A stretch of DNA of 64,000 bases, from contig CAXBMO010000001.1 of assembly GCA_963977015.1 (NCBI GenBank), positions 512,001-576,000 on the forward strand. The letters are read 5' to 3'. The position numbers and the translations under genes are program-made. A model generated the notes under the pieces. It was given only the letters and a program-made list of their open reading frames with translations. It did no database searches and was not told the origin of the DNA. Every line of letters begins with the position of its first letter. The stretch's first letter is position 1. Positions 56,208 to 64,000 of this stretch are shown here, piece after piece. The DNA is from an uncultured bacterium. GTDB taxonomy: Bacteria > Verrucomicrobiota > Verrucomicrobiia > Verrucomicrobiales > DEV007.

Positions 56208-57353
56208 ATGCCGAACTCCCCCAAACAAGCCCCCATTCGCCTCCTAACCGCGGTGCCGATTTGCGATGGGCATGACAGTGCGATTTCCACGATTAATCTG
56301 GAATTTAGCCGCCGGGGGCTGGAGATCATTTACCTCGGCTATCACCGGCGTGCGCGGGAAATCGTGCGCGCGGCGGTACAGGAAGACGTGCGCGCCATTG
56401 GCATTTCAAGCTACAACGGCGGGCACGTCGAGTTCTTCGAAGTGGTTGCCAAGCTTCTCAAGGAAGAGGGGGCCGGGCATATCGGAATCTTCGGGGGTGG
56501 CGGCGGAACGATCACACCGGAGGACGCGGAGGTGATGGCCGGATTTGGCGTGGATCGCATTTTTTTCGCCGGAACCAAGTTGGAAGAAATGGTGGGTTGG
56601 GTGAAGGCGCATTATTCGGAACAACCCACGAGAGAAATCCTCACCGATGCCTCGACGGATCTGGCGCTGGGACGAATGATCACCGCCGCTGAGTTTGCAG
56701 GGAAGGTTCCCAAACCGCCTCCGCGAAGTCGGCGTCCGGCCATCTTCGGATTCACCGGACCAGGCGGCGCCGGAAAGACGACGTTGATCGACGAGCTGTT
56801 GGCGCGCTGGTTGGCGACCCAGCCGAAAGGCCGCCTGGCGATCTTGTCGCACGATCCCAGCATCGTGGGCAAAGGTGCGCTGCTCGGCGACCGGGCCGGG
56901 ATGATCCACGTGCACGATGACCGCATTTTTGTTCGCAGCCTCGCCACGGCCGGTCGCGCCGGAGGCCTGGCGCCAATGACAGAGCGTTGCCTTCAGATTC
57001 TCTGCCAGCCGGATTGGGGCTTCGACACGATTTTCGTCGAAACGGTCGGCATCGGCCAGGAAGCGATCCCGTTTGGCGAAGGCTGGGTTGATGCCGCCGT
57101 CTTCGTCCTCAATCCGGATTACGGCAGCCGGCTCCAGCTTCAGAAAATCGCCATGCTCGACGTCGCCGACATCGTGGTACTCAACAAGTTCGACCGCCCT
57201 GAGGCTCCCGCGGCCTTGGCGGAACTGGAGGACCGCCTGAGCTTGCGCGAACGCCCGCATCAAGTCTTCACGACCGTGGCCAGTCGGCATCGCGATCCCG
57301 GTGTGGACCGGTTGTTCGAAACGCTGAACATACAAAAGGAGGAGGGGGCATGA
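56208..57353 (+). CDS. Cobalamin-binding domain + MeaB-type GTPase (N-terminal half of IcmF)
   Basis: CDGHDSAI, QEDV.AI.ISSYNGGH, GGGGG, P-loop GPGGAGKTT, LLGDR, VETVGIGQ, QLQKI.MLD.AD...NKFD. Confidence 0.9.
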   Translation: MPNSPKQAPIRLLTAVPICDGHDSAISTINLEFSRRGLEIIYLGYHRRAREIVRAAVQEDVRAIGISSYNGGHVEFFEVVAKLLKEEGAGHIGIFGGGGGTITPEDAEVMAGFGVDRIFFAGTKLEEMVGWVKAHYSEQPTREILTDASTDLALGRMITAAEFAGKVPKPPPRSRRPAIFGFTGPGGAGKTTLIDELLARWLATQPKGRLAILSHDPSIVGKGALLGDRAGMIHVHDDRIFVRSLATAGRAGGLAPMTERCLQILCQPDWGFDTIFVETVGIGQEAIPFGEGWVDAAVFVLNPDYGSRLQLQKIAMLDVADIVVLNKFDRPEAPAALAELEDRLSLRERPHQVFTTVASRHRDPGVDRLFETLNIQKEEGA

Positions 57354-59089
57354 GTGTACTGGCGCAAATCAACCGGGCGGTCGAAGCGTTCAATTCGAAC
57401 GTTGAAAAACGCGTCCGCCAGGCGCGCGAGGACGAAGAATTTGCGGAAGAGACGAAGCGCCGTTGGGACGCAATCTGCAGCGAGATCACCGAAGTCGAAA
57501 CGCCGACCGGATTGAAGTTGCCGCGGCTCGCCCTGCCGCAAACCGACGAACCCGGTGAGATTGTGCGTTACCTGGAAGGCGAGGGGCTGCCGGGCGAATT
57601 TCCGTTTGTGAACGCGATTTATCGGGAAATGTATCGCGGGGAGGAGGAAGAGCCGACCCGCTTATTCGCAGGTCTCGGGTTAGCCGAAGACACCAACGAG
57701 CGATTTCATTACCTCACCGGACATCAGGAGAGCCGGCGGCTCAGCACCGCGTTCGACGGCCCCACGCTCTACGGCATCGACAGCGATGAGGAAGACGTTT
57801 TTGGCAAAATCGGCGAGGGCGGTGTCGCCATCGACACGATCGAGGACATGGAACGGCTCTACGCGGGGTTTCCGCTCGATGACCTGCGGTTGTCGGTGTC
57901 GATGACCATCAACGGCCCCGCTCCCACGATCCTGGCAATGTACGTCGCGATGGCCAAAAAACGGCACGGCGAGGGCGTCATCGAAGAGCTGCGTGGCACG
58001 GTCCAGGCCGACATTCTCAAGGAAGTCCAGGCCCAGAACGAGAGCCTCTTTGCGGTCGACGCCTCCCTCCGGTTTCTCACCGACATGGTCGAATTCGCCG
58101 CGGAACGCATGCCGCGCTGGTATCCCATTTCCATCAGCGGCTACCACATGACCGAAGCCGGCGCGACGCCCGTGCAGCAGGCCGCCTACACGCTTTCGAA
58201 CGGGTTCGCCTACGTCGAGATGTTTCGCGAGCGCGGCATGAAGCTCGACCGCTTCGCCCCGAGACTGTCCTTCTTTCTGGATTGTGGACTCGACGTGGAA
58301 TACCTCGTCCTGGCGCGGGTTTGCCGGAAGCTCTGGGCCGTCGGAATGCGCGACGTTTTCGGCGCGGAGGCGTCAGCTCAGAAGTTCAAACTCCACACCC
58401 AAACCAGCGGCCGTTCCCTCGTCGCCGCCGAGTTCAAAAACAACCTGACCCGCACCGCGGTGGAGTTGATGCTCGCCTACATCAACGCCACGAACTCCAG
58501 CCACAGCAACAGCGCCGATGAACCGTTCACCACCCCGAGCGAGGAATACGTTCGCCTCGCTTCCCACGGCCAATCGATCCTTCTGGAAGAATCCGGGCTG
58601 TTCAAACACATGATGAACACGTTGGCGGGATCGCCCGGGATGAAGATTCTCGAGAGCCGGGTCGAAGCCGCAATTTTGAGCGAGTTTCGCGAAATCGACC
58701 GGTTGGGCGGCGTGCTCGCTGCGATGGAGCATCGTTACCAGCGCAGCCAGATTCAATCTGCGGCTCTACGCTACGAACGCGCCATTTCGGAGGGGACACG
58801 ACCGATCATCGGCGTGAACCGCTACGCCAGTGTCACGGGCTCCGACTCCCCCGAAATCGAACTGGTCCGTATTCCGCATGAGAAAAAGGAGCGGCAAGTC
58901 GCGCGGGTGAGGGACTTCAAACAGCGTCACGCCGGGGAAGCCGGACATGCTCTGCAACGCCTGGCTCAAGTCGTGGAGAATGGCGGGAATGTCTTCGAGG
59001 AACTCATCACCACGGTAGAGACCTGCACGTTGGGCCAGATTACTGAATTGCTACAAGAGGTGACCGGACCGTTCCGGCCCAGTTTGTAA
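57350..59089 (+). CDS. Acyl-CoA mutase substrate-binding subunit (C-terminal half of IcmF, isobutyryl-CoA mutase-like)
   Basis: PTRLFAG, RLSTAFD..TLYG.D, SVSMTINGPAP, RGTVQADILKE.QAQN, SISGYH..EAGA, H.QTSGRSL, PIIGVN. Confidence 0.9.
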   Translation: MSVLAQINRAVEAFNSNVEKRVRQAREDEEFAEETKRRWDAICSEITEVETPTGLKLPRLALPQTDEPGEIVRYLEGEGLPGEFPFVNAIYREMYRGEEEEPTRLFAGLGLAEDTNERFHYLTGHQESRRLSTAFDGPTLYGIDSDEEDVFGKIGEGGVAIDTIEDMERLYAGFPLDDLRLSVSMTINGPAPTILAMYVAMAKKRHGEGVIEELRGTVQADILKEVQAQNESLFAVDASLRFLTDMVEFAAERMPRWYPISISGYHMTEAGATPVQQAAYTLSNGFAYVEMFRERGMKLDRFAPRLSFFLDCGLDVEYLVLARVCRKLWAVGMRDVFGAEASAQKFKLHTQTSGRSLVAAEFKNNLTRTAVELMLAYINATNSSHSNSADEPFTTPSEEYVRLASHGQSILLEESGLFKHMMNTLAGSPGMKILESRVEAAILSEFREIDRLGGVLAAMEHRYQRSQIQSAALRYERAISEGTRPIIGVNRYASVTGSDSPEIELVRIPHEKKERQVARVRDFKQRHAGEAGHALQRLAQVVENGGNVFEELITTVETCTLGQITELLQEVTGPFRPSL

Positions 59090-59186
59090 ACCGAATCCAT
59101 CACGGGTGGAGCCAGCCCGGATACAAATGCATCGTTTCGGGTGGTTCTCGCATTCCCGCCGCGAGATGCGTAGGTAGTCAAGCCTG

Positions 59187-61127
59187 TTAGGCGAGGCGTT
59201 GGTCGATGTTGGTTTGGATCCAGGCCCACATGGCGTCGAGCGATTGGGAGGCGGATTTTTTGGCGGCTGGGAGGTCGGTGACGTCTTTCTGGTTGCCGAA
59301 GAGGTAGTATTTGATCTTGGGCTCGGTGCCGCTGGGGCGGACCGCGAATTTACGGCCGTCTTCCAACTCGACGATGACCATTTTCTCTGCGGGGATGGAG
59401 TCGCCTTCTTCGTCGACGTTGTCGCCACTGAAGAAGTTGCGGACCTGGGCGACTTTGCAGCCGTCGACTTCGGTGGGCGGGTTGTCGCGATAGGAGTTGG
59501 CGAGTTTTTGGATTTGGGCGGCTCCGTCCGCTCCTTCCATATAGATGGATTCGGCGCGTTCGAGATAGTATCCAAACTCCTGGTAAATCTGGTCGAGAAG
59601 TTCGACGAGGGTGATGCCCTTGGATTTGGCGTAGGCGGCGACTTCGGCGAACATGACGACGGCTCCATTGCCGTCTTTATCTCTCAATCCATCATCGGCG
59701 AGATAGCCGTAGCTTTCTTCTCCGCCAAAAACGAAGAATTGGGAGTGCTCGAGGCGAAGGTCGCGGGTGGTTTCCAGCGGGAGATCGCGATAATTTTTGC
59801 GGAGGTCCTCCGGGATTTGTTCCTCATACTTCCGCAGCTTCTCGCCAATATATTTGAAGCCGGTCAGCGTGTTGACGCAGTTGATGCCAAATCCGGCGGC
59901 GATGGCGTCCTGGAGAGGAGAGGTGACATAGGTCTTAACCCAGGTGGCGTGGCTTTTGTTCTGATCGTTGAGGATCCCCAAATCGAAAAACGTTTTGATG
60001 CGATAATATCCCATCAAGCAGCCAATCATATTACCGGTAAGAAGCTGAAGGTCACCGCTGGTGTTGCGAACGGCGACTCCCATGCGGTCGCAATCGGGAT
60101 CGGTTGCGAGGACGATGTCTCCACCATCGGCGTTTGCCTGCGCGATCCCCATGGCGAGGGCGGGGGCGTTTTCCGGGTTGGGAGAATCGACAGTGGGAAA
60201 GCGGCCGTCCTGCTCGTCCTGGGCCTTGACGGTGTCGCACTGGAAATTGAGGCGGCGCAGCATTGGCGGACTAATGACGCCACCCGTTCCGTGAAGATTG
60301 GTGAAGACGATTTTAAGATCGTTTTGCGAGGCGACGAGATCCGGCTGAAGCAGGAGCGATTCAAGCCGATCCATATAGATTTGATCATTGTCCTCTCCCA
60401 AGGTTGTGACGGTTCCCTGCTCGCTCTCGGGGAGCGCGTCATAGGTTTCGCTTGGGGTGTTGTTGAATTCTTCGATGATGCGGTTGGCGTGTGGCTGAAC
60501 GACCTGTGCGCCATCGTCGAAATAGACTTTGTATCCGTTGTCGTGCGGTGGGTTGTGACTGGCGGTTAAGACGATGCCGGCGCTGGCGTTGAGGTGCCTG
60601 ACGGCAAAGCTGAGCTGAGGGGTTGAGCGCGGCCCTGGAAAGAGATAGACGTCGCAACCGTTCTCTGCGGCGACCTTGGCGCAAAACTGGGCGAATTCGG
60701 GGCTGAAGTGCCGGGTGTCGTGAGCGATGGCGAGCGATGGCTTCCCGGCTTTGCCTTTTTCCTGAGCCCAATGCTTGATGTAGCGGACCAAGCCCTGAGT
60801 CGCGCGGCTGAGGTTGTAGTAGTTGAGGCAATTGGTGCCGACCGCCGGGTGTTCCGGGCGTTCGAGAGCGGTTGGAGTGCCCTTTTCGACGCTGGTGACG
60901 ACCCGCCCGATGGTTCGTGCCCGCATTCCGCCGGTGCCGAACGCCAGTTTCTTAAAAAATCGATCATTCAGCTCCGAAAACTGACCCTGATCGAGCAATT
61001 CCTTGATGGTGGAATCGTAAAGCTCGTTGGTGCCTGATTCGAGCAAACCAAGAATGTTATCCCGGCTTGATTCGAGCAAATCCTGGGAGGCTACGGCGGA
61101 GTTTAGGCGTTCTGTTAGGTCGTTCAC
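59187..61127 (-). CDS. Phosphoglucomutase/phosphomannomutase
   Basis: FGTGG.R, TASHNP, TDPDCDR, GGEESYG, RPSGTEPKIK; GTG start. Confidence 0.95.
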   Translation of the reverse strand: MNDLTERLNSAVASQDLLESSRDNILGLLESGTNELYDSTIKELLDQGQFSELNDRFFKKLAFGTGGMRARTIGRVVTSVEKGTPTALERPEHPAVGTNCLNYYNLSRATQGLVRYIKHWAQEKGKAGKPSLAIAHDTRHFSPEFAQFCAKVAAENGCDVYLFPGPRSTPQLSFAVRHLNASAGIVLTASHNPPHDNGYKVYFDDGAQVVQPHANRIIEEFNNTPSETYDALPESEQGTVTTLGEDNDQIYMDRLESLLLQPDLVASQNDLKIVFTNLHGTGGVISPPMLRRLNFQCDTVKAQDEQDGRFPTVDSPNPENAPALAMGIAQANADGGDIVLATDPDCDRMGVAVRNTSGDLQLLTGNMIGCLMGYYRIKTFFDLGILNDQNKSHATWVKTYVTSPLQDAIAAGFGINCVNTLTGFKYIGEKLRKYEEQIPEDLRKNYRDLPLETTRDLRLEHSQFFVFGGEESYGYLADDGLRDKDGNGAVVMFAEVAAYAKSKGITLVELLDQIYQEFGYYLERAESIYMEGADGAAQIQKLANSYRDNPPTEVDGCKVAQVRNFFSGDNVDEEGDSIPAEKMVIVELEDGRKFAVRPSGTEPKIKYYLFGNQKDVTDLPAAKKSASQSLDAMWAWIQTNIDQRLA

Positions 61128-61158
61128 TCCATAAGTGTAGAGACGCTTTGTTTGAAAT

Positions 61159-62220
61159 TCAATCGTCCATTTTCGTCACCCAAGAGAGCTTTTCGACATT
61201 GGCCAAATCCTCGATCGCTTTTCGAGTCGCAATCACGGATTGAGTGAGCCTAGGCAGGTCAAGTGTCTCCAGAGTATCCGTGCTCTTATGATAGTTGGGA
61301 TTCCGGAACGGCGCGGTGTCGGTGATCATGATGGCAGGGTAACCAAATTTCCAAAAGGCCCAGTGGTCCGACCAACCGACGCCTTCGATCATTTCGGGAA
61401 AAGCGCCCTTTTCGGTGGGGATGGTTGCCGCGCTGACGAAACTGTTGTGACAGAAGTCGACGAGTTCGCGACTTTTCAGGTTGCCGACGATCCCGATGAA
61501 GTTGCCGACCTTGGGATATTGATCCGAGATCGCCTGCGGGTATTTCTGCGAATCTGGCGCGTCAGAAAAGTAGCCCATTGATTCGAGGGACAACATTGCA
61601 ACGATCAAATCGCCGTCATTTTTGCAGCGTTCGGCATAGCGATAACTGCCCATGTCGTTTGTCTCGAAAAAGGGAGGCTCTTCATTCACAAAGGCCACAA
61701 AACGAAGGGTTCGTGCCTGCTGCTTGCCGCTGAAGGATTGGGCGAGCGCGAGCATTGCGGCGACTCCGCTGGCGTTGTCATCAGCACCGGGCGTTCCCTT
61801 GACGGTATCGTAGTGGGCACCAATGACGACGATCTGTTCCGGCCATTTGGTCCCCGGAATTTCGACCTCGACGTTGGTAAAGGTCTGCCCTTCCACTTCA
61901 AAGTTCTGTTCTTTGACCTGAAAGCCGAAGTTGCTGATTCCAAGCGTGGATTCGAGGTAAAACTTCGTGGCCTCAAGCATCTGAGGCTTTTCATAATGGC
62001 GTTCGCCGATGCGGACGGTGAGCGTTTCTAGATAGTCCTGCAAATCGGCTTCGCGGATTCCCGAGACGCTGACCATTGGGCCTCGATTTGCGGTGGATGC
62101 TTCAAGTTCCTTCGCCTGAGGCTTGAAAATCGTGGTGTAGGTGAGGCTGGCAATTCCGATGACGGCCAGTCCCATGGGAAGAGCAATCAAAAGGCCACGG
62201 ATAAGTTTTCCGGAATTCAT
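61159..62220 (-). CDS. M28 family peptidase, membrane-anchored
   Basis: GAHYD, GADDNASG, NEEPP, SDH, YH...D. Confidence 0.92.
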   Translation of the reverse strand: MNSGKLIRGLLIALPMGLAVIGIASLTYTTIFKPQAKELEASTANRGPMVSVSGIREADLQDYLETLTVRIGERHYEKPQMLEATKFYLESTLGISNFGFQVKEQNFEVEGQTFTNVEVEIPGTKWPEQIVVIGAHYDTVKGTPGADDNASGVAAMLALAQSFSGKQQARTLRFVAFVNEEPPFFETNDMGSYRYAERCKNDGDLIVAMLSLESMGYFSDAPDSQKYPQAISDQYPKVGNFIGIVGNLKSRELVDFCHNSFVSAATIPTEKGAFPEMIEGVGWSDHWAFWKFGYPAIMITDTAPFRNPNYHKSTDTLETLDLPRLTQSVIATRKAIEDLANVEKLSWVTKMDD

Positions 62221-62260
62221 GCTTGTTGCTCCTGTTACGTTTGAGCGTCAGTTCCTGCAA

Positions 62261-64000
62261 CTAGGATTGCCAAACATAAGCTGCGGCCGTGGGGGAAACA
62301 TGCACGCGAACCTCAGCGAGATAGTCCTGGCAAATCTCGCGCACGTCATCAATTCCAGGAGGTTCCGGCATGGATTCTTCCAGGGCGTTGAGGAGTGCCT
62401 CTTCGCCAAGAAAGCGCTGCTGACGGATCATTTCGCGAACGGCTTCAACCAGCGAGGGATCGGGCGTGTGGGGATCCGGTTGAGTGGCAACGTTGGAGAG
62501 GGCGGGGGAGAGCAGTTCCGCCCACCAATCCCGAAGTTCGTTTGCGGCAAACTGGAGAATCGTTTTGGGCGTTGCGTCGATGTCGCCCTGGCAGCTGCGG
62601 CTGTAAAGATCCCAAAGCGCGTGCAGGGTGGCGTGCCGCTCTTCGCTGAGTTGATGAAAAAACAAGCCTTCATCCTGGATGTCTTCGATGAACGGAGCCG
62701 CTGCCCAATTGGAATGCGGAATGACCGGCTGATTGTCCAAGCGGATCAGGATGACTCTGCATTTTCCGTCGTGGGCCCGGATTTGGCGCTGGGCTTCGCG
62801 GGCGATGGCTTCCCAGGTTCGGTGATTGTCGCGGTCCTCAAATCCGAAGAGGAGTTTGAGGCCGTCCTCACTCGGCCAGGCAATCTGTAAATAGTCGCGA
62901 TGAGAGCTGAAAACCTCGGCTTTTCGATCCGACTCAGCCGCGTTGAAGACGTCGCGCAAGGCCCAGCGATAAAGGTCGGCTCGGTACTGGGTCAGACGGG
63001 CTCGCTGGCCGGAAAGCGCCAGTTTCTCCATCTTGAAGAGTTCGTCCAGGTCCGGCGAGGAAACGGATTCCTCGATCAGATCGGAAAATCGCATCGAAGC
63101 GGCTTCGAGAAAGCGGCGGACCGAACTTCCACCGGCGCGAACGGCCGTTTCCAACCAGGAATCGTCGATGAAACGCTCGATCTCCGAGGGGGCAACGTCG
63201 CAGGCGGCGAGTCGGCGGCGCGCGAGAATCTCGGCTTGGCGGCGATCGATTTCTTCGAGGTAAACCGGCATTCCGAGTCGTTCCTGATGAGCGTTGTCGA
63301 TGTAGGGCTCCAGGTCTTTTTGCCACTTGTCCTGGTTTGCCGTGACAATCGTCATCTGGTTGGGAGCCTCGTGAAAGAGATCGGCCATCAGGTTGCCGAA
63401 GGCGTTGGCCAGCTCGGGTTTTTGGCCGTAGGTCTCGGTTTGGTCGAAGGCGATCACGAAGGGGCGGAAGAGACCGGCGAGGGAGCACAAGTCGAGAACG
63501 CGGGCCCGGGCTTCTTCGTTGCGCCGGGATCGATCGGCGTCGTCATCGAGTGCGTCGGCGGGACTGAGCCCCAAATCCGCGATGTCACTGCGATGGACCT
63601 TGGCTTCCATCCATTCGAGACAGGCACCGCGCCGAAGCGTGTTTTCGCGATCGATGGCGTAGAAAAAGAGCACTTTGAGCCAGGCGGCGGCTGAACTTCC
63701 CGGCTGGAGCTCCGAATTCAAACTTGGAAGCAAGGCGCCAGCTTCGGCGAGTTCTCGACCGGTCAGGCCGCGCACCCACGCTGCTGCGTGGTTTTCAGGA
63801 TCGGCGAGATCCCAGGTATCGAGCGGACGGCCGCGAATCGCTTCGAGAATCGCGGGATTTTTCGGAGCGATCATCGGTTTGGTTCCGGCGAGAGCTGCGA
63901 AAGCCTGCCCCAGAATACCCTGGGCAAAGGCGTCGAGCTGGGAGGGCTCACCGGGCAGGCATTGCGCGGCGTTTCCATTTTCCGGCAGCGACATTTCCTG
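62261..64000 (-). CDS. P-loop ATPase-like protein, C-terminal part (start lies beyond window)
   Basis: Walker-B-like FVIAFDQTE, W..G motif, sensor-like R.FL; the frame is open to the window edge and no Walker A is visible. Confidence 0.55.
   Translation of the reverse strand, partial: QEMSLPENGNAAQCLPGEPSQLDAFAQGILGQAFAALAGTKPMIAPKNPAILEAIRGRPLDTWDLADPENHAAAWVRGLTGRELAEAGALLPSLNSELQPGSSAAAWLKVLFFYAIDRENTLRRGACLEWMEAKVHRSDIADLGLSPADALDDDADRSRRNEEARARVLDLCSLAGLFRPFVIAFDQTETYGQKPELANAFGNLMADLFHEAPNQMTIVTANQDKWQKDLEPYIDNAHQERLGMPVYLEEIDRRQAEILARRRLAACDVAPSEIERFIDDSWLETAVRAGGSSVRRFLEAASMRFSDLIEESVSSPDLDELFKMEKLALSGQRARLTQYRADLYRWALRDVFNAAESDRKAEVFSSHRDYLQIAWPSEDGLKLLFGFEDRDNHRTWEAIAREAQRQIRAHDGKCRVILIRLDNQPVIPHSNWAAAPFIEDIQDEGLFFHQLSEERHATLHALWDLYSRSCQGDIDATPKTILQFAANELRDWWAELLSPALSNVATQPDPHTPDPSLVEAVREMIRQQRFLGEEALLNALEESMPEPPGIDDVREICQDYLAEVRVHVSPTAAAYVWQS

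Noticed and set aside
57330-57360. Sequencing frameshift in the G-run at the IcmF junction
   Set aside because: Strong RBS, ATGA coupling and apparent loss of the linker favour a real split, though reads should be checked

Overview
Bacterial chromosomal window, probably from a PVC-superphylum organism and most likely Verrucomicrobiota. This is inferred from a TIGR02989-type ECF sigma, DUF1552/DUF1592 cytochrome genes, a Cys-less FmdB-like protein and a Pro-rich TonB-dependent receptor. Left third: iron uptake (ExbB/DUF3450 operon divergent from a siderophore-type TBDR, with three Fur-like boxes), a TIR-TM-WD40 protein, DUF2339, ccsA-hemA, and a Zn-type uptake locus (His-rich outer-membrane protein, HMA protein, znuACB) with TGCAA-N5-TTGCA operators. 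Middle: phosphoesterases, an ECF sigma/anti-sigma pair, an MFS exporter preceded by what looks like a leader-peptide transcription attenuator, and a DUF1552/FGE-LRR/DUF1592 operon. About 37-59 kb: a branched-chain amino acid/propionate catabolic island (2-oxoacid dehydrogenase E1/E2, AtuA pair, carboxyltransferase, acyl-CoA dehydrogenase, HIBCH, leucine dehydrogenase, prpDBC, and a naturally split IcmF-type B12 mutase), interrupted by four nested-palindrome elements. Right end: phosphohexomutase, M28 peptidase and a truncated P-loop ATPase. No rRNA, tRNA, CRISPR array or transposase was recognised. All calls come from reading motifs by eye; no searches or folding programs were run.
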